Below, one piece after another: positions 12,612 to 15,796 of a stretch of 15,796 nucleotides of DNA (positions are counted from its first letter, which is position 1; each line of letters opens with the position of its first letter). The stretch spans positions 1 through 15,796 of the forward strand of contig QBMS01000102.1 in NCBI GenBank assembly GCA_003249095.1. The letters run 5' to 3'. The notes under the pieces were generated by a model. That model made no database searches, was not told the DNA's origin, and worked only from the letters and a program-made list of their open reading frames with translations. Made by a program: the position numbers and the translations under genes. This stretch comes from Snowella sp. (GTDB lineage Bacteria > Cyanobacteriota > Cyanobacteriia > Cyanobacteriales > Microcystaceae).

Positions 12612-14861
12612 ATGGATAATCTCATCCTGCAATTACGGGGAATGAGTTGCGCTTCCTGTGCTTCCACCGTCGAAAAAGTGATTCAAGCGGTTCCTGGTGT
12701 GATTGAGTGCCAGGTTAACTTTGGAGCGGAACAAGCCACTGTTCAATATAATCCCCAACAAACGGGACTAGAACAGATTCAATCAGCAGTCGCCAAGGCG
12801 GGTTATCAGGCATCCGTTCTTCAGGAAATTGGTGAAGAAGATGAAGAAAAGACTTTTCGGCAAGCAGAATTAAGGGATCTAAAACGTAAAATTTGGGTGG
12901 GTGGCATCATTAGTGTTCTCTTGATGTCGGCTATGATTCCAGGCATTTTTGGCGTAGATTTGCCCTTGATTTCTGTTGGGTTAGGGAATCCCTGGTTGCA
13001 ATTAATTTTAACGACTCCTGTGATGTTTTGGTGTGGACGCTCCTTTTTTATCGGCGGAGGTCAAGCTCTTAAACGTCATACTGCAACGATGGATACCTTA
13101 ATCGCCTTGGGAACAGGTGTTGCCTATCTTTATTCCTTATTTGTCACTCTGTTTCCCCATTTTTTTGCGACGGAAGGTGTAATGCCCCATGTTTATTTTG
13201 AAATAGCGGCTACGGTCATAACCCTTATTTTGTTAGGAAGATTATTTGAAACTATTGCTAAGGGTGAAACCTCGGAAGCTATCCGTAAATTAATCGGTTT
13301 GGGGGCAAAAACGGCGCGAGTCATTCGTAATAATCAGGAAGTTGATATTGCGATCGCCGAAGTGGTTTTAGGCGACATTGTTTTAGTGCGACCTGGGGAA
13401 AAGGTTCCCGTCGATGGAGAAATTATCGAAGGATCTTCCACGATTGATGAAGCAATGGTGACGGGAGAAAGTGTTCCTGTTAAAAAGCAAACGGGGGATG
13501 AGGTGATTGGTGCAACGATTAATCAGACAGGAAGTTTTAAATTTCGAGCGACGAGAGTAGGGAAAGACACGGTTTTAGCCCAAATTGTTAACATGGTTCA
13601 ACAAGCCCAGGGTTCTAAAGCTCCGATTCAGAAATTGGCGGATCAAGTGACTGCTTGGTTTGTGCCTGGGGTCATTGCGATCGCGATTTTAACTTTTATT
13701 ATGTGGTTTAACGTCATGGGTAATCTTACCCTAGCGATGATTACCACCGTAGGAGTTTTGATTATTGCCTGTCCCTGCGCGTTAGGCTTAGCAACACCTA
13801 CATCTATTTTGGTCGGAACGGGAAAAGGAGCAGAAAACGGTATTTTAATTAAAGGAGCCGATAGTTTAGAACTTGCCCATCAAATAAAAACCATCGTTTT
13901 GGATAAGACGGGAACCCTCACCCAGGGCAAACCGACGGTAACGGATTTTGTGACAATCAATGGAATTGCCGAGAATAACGAACTGGATTTGCTCAGACTC
14001 GCGGCTTCCTTAGAAAAAAATTCGGAACATCCCCTAGCAGAAGCGGTAGTCAGATACGCCCAATCTCAAAAGGTGAATTTTGCAGACGTTCAAGAATTTA
14101 AGGCGATCGCGGGCAGTGGGGTACAGGGAATCGTGGAAGGAAAAAGGGTGCAAATCGGGACTCAACGTTGGCTAAAGGAATTAGCCATTCCTACCCAAAA
14201 ACTCGAAGATTATCAACAAACCTGGGAAAATACGAAAAAAACGGTGGTCTGGATCGCGATCGATGGTCAAATTCAAGGGATTATGGGGATTGCGGATGCC
14301 CTTAAACCCACTTCTGTTGCAACCGTCAAGACTTTAAAGAAAATGGGTTTGGAGGTGGTGATGCTCACGGGAGACAACCAAGCCACCGCCGAAGCGATCG
14401 CCCTCGAAGTGGGAATTGTCCGTGTTTTAGCCCAAGTCCGTCCTGAACAAAAAGCCGCTAAAATCCAAGCTTTACAAGCGGAAGGAAAAATTGTCGCGAT
14501 GGTCGGGGATGGAATCAATGATGCGCCCGCCCTAGCCCAGGCCGATGTGGGGATTGCCATTGGCACAGGAACCGATGTGGCGATCGCGGCTTCGGATATT
14601 ACCCTAATTTCGGGAGATTTGCAGGGCATTGTGACTGCCATCCAACTCAGTCGCGCCACTATGCAAAATATCCGTCAAAATCTCTTCTTTGCCTATATCT
14701 ATAATGTGGCGGGAATTCCTATTGCGGCGGGGGTTTTATTTCCCATTTTTGGTTGGTTACTGAGTCCGATTATTGCAGGGGGTGCAATGGCCTGTAGCTC
14801 TATTTCGGTGGTAACCAATGCGTTGCGTCTGCGGAAATTTCAGCCGAAAGTTATCATTTAA
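12612..14861 (+). CDS. Copper-translocating P1B-type ATPase (PacS/CopA-like).
   Basis: N-terminal HMA domain with GMSCASCA and [17 protein letters not shown] motif ([13 protein letters not shown]), DKTGTLT phosphorylation site, SEHPLA (HP motif) and [11 protein letters not shown] hinge. Confidence 0.95.
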   Translation: MDNLILQLRGMSCASCASTVEKVIQAVPGVIECQVNFGAEQATVQYNPQQTGLEQIQSAVAKAGYQASVLQEIGEEDEEKTFRQAELRDLKRKIWVGGIISVLLMSAMIPGIFGVDLPLISVGLGNPWLQLILTTPVMFWCGRSFFIGGGQALKRHTATMDTLIALGTGVAYLYSLFVTLFPHFFATEGVMPHVYFEIAATVITLILLGRLFETIAKGETSEAIRKLIGLGAKTARVIRNNQEVDIAIAEVVLGDIVLVRPGEKVPVDGEIIEGSSTIDEAMVTGESVPVKKQTGDEVIGATINQTGSFKFRATRVGKDTVLAQIVNMVQQAQGSKAPIQKLADQVTAWFVPGVIAIAILTFIMWFNVMGNLTLAMITTVGVLIIACPCALGLATPTSILVGTGKGAENGILIKGADSLELAHQIKTIVLDKTGTLTQGKPTVTDFVTINGIAENNELDLLRLAASLEKNSEHPLAEAVVRYAQSQKVNFADVQEFKAIAGSGVQGIVEGKRVQIGTQRWLKELAIPTQKLEDYQQTWENTKKTVVWIAIDGQIQGIMGIADALKPTSVATVKTLKKMGLEVVMLTGDNQATAEAIALEVGIVRVLAQVRPEQKAAKIQALQAEGKIVAMVGDGINDAPALAQADVGIAIGTGTDVAIAASDITLISGDLQGIVTAIQLSRATMQNIRQNLFFAYIYNVAGIPIAAGVLFPIFGWLLSPIIAGGAMACSSISVVTNALRLRKFQPKVII

Positions 14862-14872
14862 GGAGTGAATTG

Positions 14873-15379
14873 ATGGCAAGTAAAAACATGATTGTTAGTC
14901 ATATTATTCTGACAATTTTAATCTTGATGACATCAGGAAAGGGTGCGTTTTCGATGTCGTCGGATCATTCCATGACAAATCCCCAGTTTCGTCCCGTTGA
15001 GCAACCCTTAGTCCTGAAGGCGATCGTCACCTTGGGAGGATTGGGTTTAATCGGTTTAGAGTTATGGTGGTTTTTATTCAGTCAACCGAAGGCTCAAAAA
15101 ACGGAATCCCAGCAAGGAATTCAATCCTTAAATATCACCGTTGATGGAGGTTATGAACCGTCGCTAATTGTGGTTCAATCGGGACAATTGGTTCGTCTAA
15201 ATTTTTTGCGAAAAGATCCGAATAGTTGTTTAGAAAAGGTTCTATTTCCTGATTTTCACATTGCCCAGGATTTACCGCTTAATCAATCTGTCAAAATTGA
15301 GTTTACGCCCAAGGTTCCTGGGAAATATTCCTTTACCTGTGGGATGAATATGTTTCGGGGTGAAATAGAGGTTCAATAA
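14873..15379 (+). CDS. Membrane-anchored cupredoxin-like domain protein (copper ATPase accessory).
   Basis: SD AGGAG at 14861..14865 lies 7 nt before the ATG at 14873 (the ORF track starts at the TTG at 14870). Two N-terminal hydrophobic segments are followed by ITVDGGYEPSLIVVQSGQLVRLNFLRKD.NSC...IEFTP.VPGKYSFTCGMNMFRGEIEV. This is typical of cupredoxin_1-type domains encoded next to heavy-metal ATPases. Confidence 0.7.
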   Translation: MASKNMIVSHIILTILILMTSGKGAFSMSSDHSMTNPQFRPVEQPLVLKAIVTLGGLGLIGLELWWFLFSQPKAQKTESQQGIQSLNITVDGGYEPSLIVVQSGQLVRLNFLRKDPNSCLEKVLFPDFHIAQDLPLNQSVKIEFTPKVPGKYSFTCGMNMFRGEIEVQ

Positions 15380-15431
15380 AATTGGTTATACGCGATCGCC
15401 TCTAAAATTTATTGTCAACACCGCAATAACT

Positions 15432-15796
15432 GGCAATGGTTCAGCCTGATTAAAGGCAGAAAGGATTACTGGGCAAAGGATTAGAGAAACAAAGAAGCAA
15501 ATATAAGCTTGGAAGTAATGGTTATAACTTTACAGGGGTGTTAAGGGTAATAATACTATAAATAAATCGGTAAAAAAAGGAGAGAGAGTATGTCAATCCA
15601 AAAGATAAAGCCAATCCAAGAGTTTAATGATTCTATATTTTGCAATGGGAAAGAAAAAGAATTATTTAAACGAGACTGTCCTCATTGTCACAGCGAGGAA
15701 GTGAAAATTCATTCTCATTACAAAACGAAAAATAATGGAGAGAGAAAAATATTTATCTGTCAAAAATGTGAGTCACTATATTCAGAAACGTATAAT
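15432..15796 (+). mobile_element. Second partial IS copy, inverted relative to 1..367, running off the right window edge.
   Basis: Exact reverse complement of 3..367. The inner terminus GGCAATGGTTCAGCC starts at 15432. Confidence 0.8.
15590..15796 (+). CDS. Transposase, N-terminal 69 codons; continues beyond the window.
   Basis: Identical to the minus-strand ORF at 1..209. ATG at 15590 follows AAAGGAGAGAGAG. It has the CPHC...CQKC zinc ribbon. Confidence 0.7.
   Translation, partial: MSIQKIKPIQEFNDSIFCNGKEKELFKRDCPHCHSEEVKIHSHYKTKNNGERKIFICQKCESLYSETYN

Noticed and set aside
11967-12645. ORFs at 11967..12167, 12185..12370 and 12391..12645 in the AT-rich tract.
   Set aside because: Their composition is low-complexity and rich in F/L/K/I. 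None has an SD. One spans the tRNA remnant and another overlaps the ATPase start. I treat them as non-coding.
14273-14659. 128-aa minus-strand ORF inside the ATPase gene.
   Set aside because: It is an Ala/Ser/Pro-rich antisense shadow of the GC-richer part of a clearly real CDS.
1-15796. The IS-bracketed block as an actively mobile composite transposon carrying the STAND gene and the copper genes.
   Set aside because: The interior contains housekeeping genes (dapF, thf1, corA, tRNA-Lys) and HIP1-rich backbone DNA. Two independent IS insertions, with possible inversion between them, are more parsimonious. Outer ends and target duplications lie outside the window, so the idea cannot be evaluated here.

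Overview
This looks like cyanobacterial chromosomal DNA. By eye I count 23 perfect HIP1 octamers (GCGATCGC), and the gene content fits: a CpcE-type HEAT-repeat lyase subunit, thf1/psb29, DUF29 and DUF2993. Backbone genes are a GST-family protein, dapF, corA, a TspO-like protein, a cpcE-like gene, DUF2993, thf1, tRNA-Lys(CUU), and a PacS/CopA-type Cu(I) P1B-ATPase followed by a membrane-anchored cupredoxin-like protein. Four accessory or mobile layers sit on this backbone. (1) The window is bracketed by two identical, inverted, partial IS copies (3..367 and 15432..15796) whose transposase starts with a zinc ribbon. The left copy truncates a PhrB-type photolyase gene. (2) An islet at about 5.86-9.15 kb, between the cpcE-like gene and DUF2993, holds two gene stubs (an S4-domain pseudouridine synthase N-terminus and a HicB-like N-terminus) and GTAGGG-hairpin repeats including a 104-bp MITE-like element. 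It also holds the most interesting locus: an NLR-like STAND NTPase (NB-ARC plus five near-identical 126-bp TPR units). Its 115-aa hydrophobic/helical N-terminal module is separated from the ATPase by a single in-frame TGA. (3) A 1.4-kb islet lies between tRNA-Lys and a degenerate direct copy of the tRNA's last 32 nt. It carries a tightly coupled operon of two tail-anchored coiled-coil mini-proteins plus DUF29. (4) A roughly 760-bp AT-rich tract with no convincing gene lies upstream of the copper ATPase. All functional calls come from motif recognition by eye; no database search or folding program was run.
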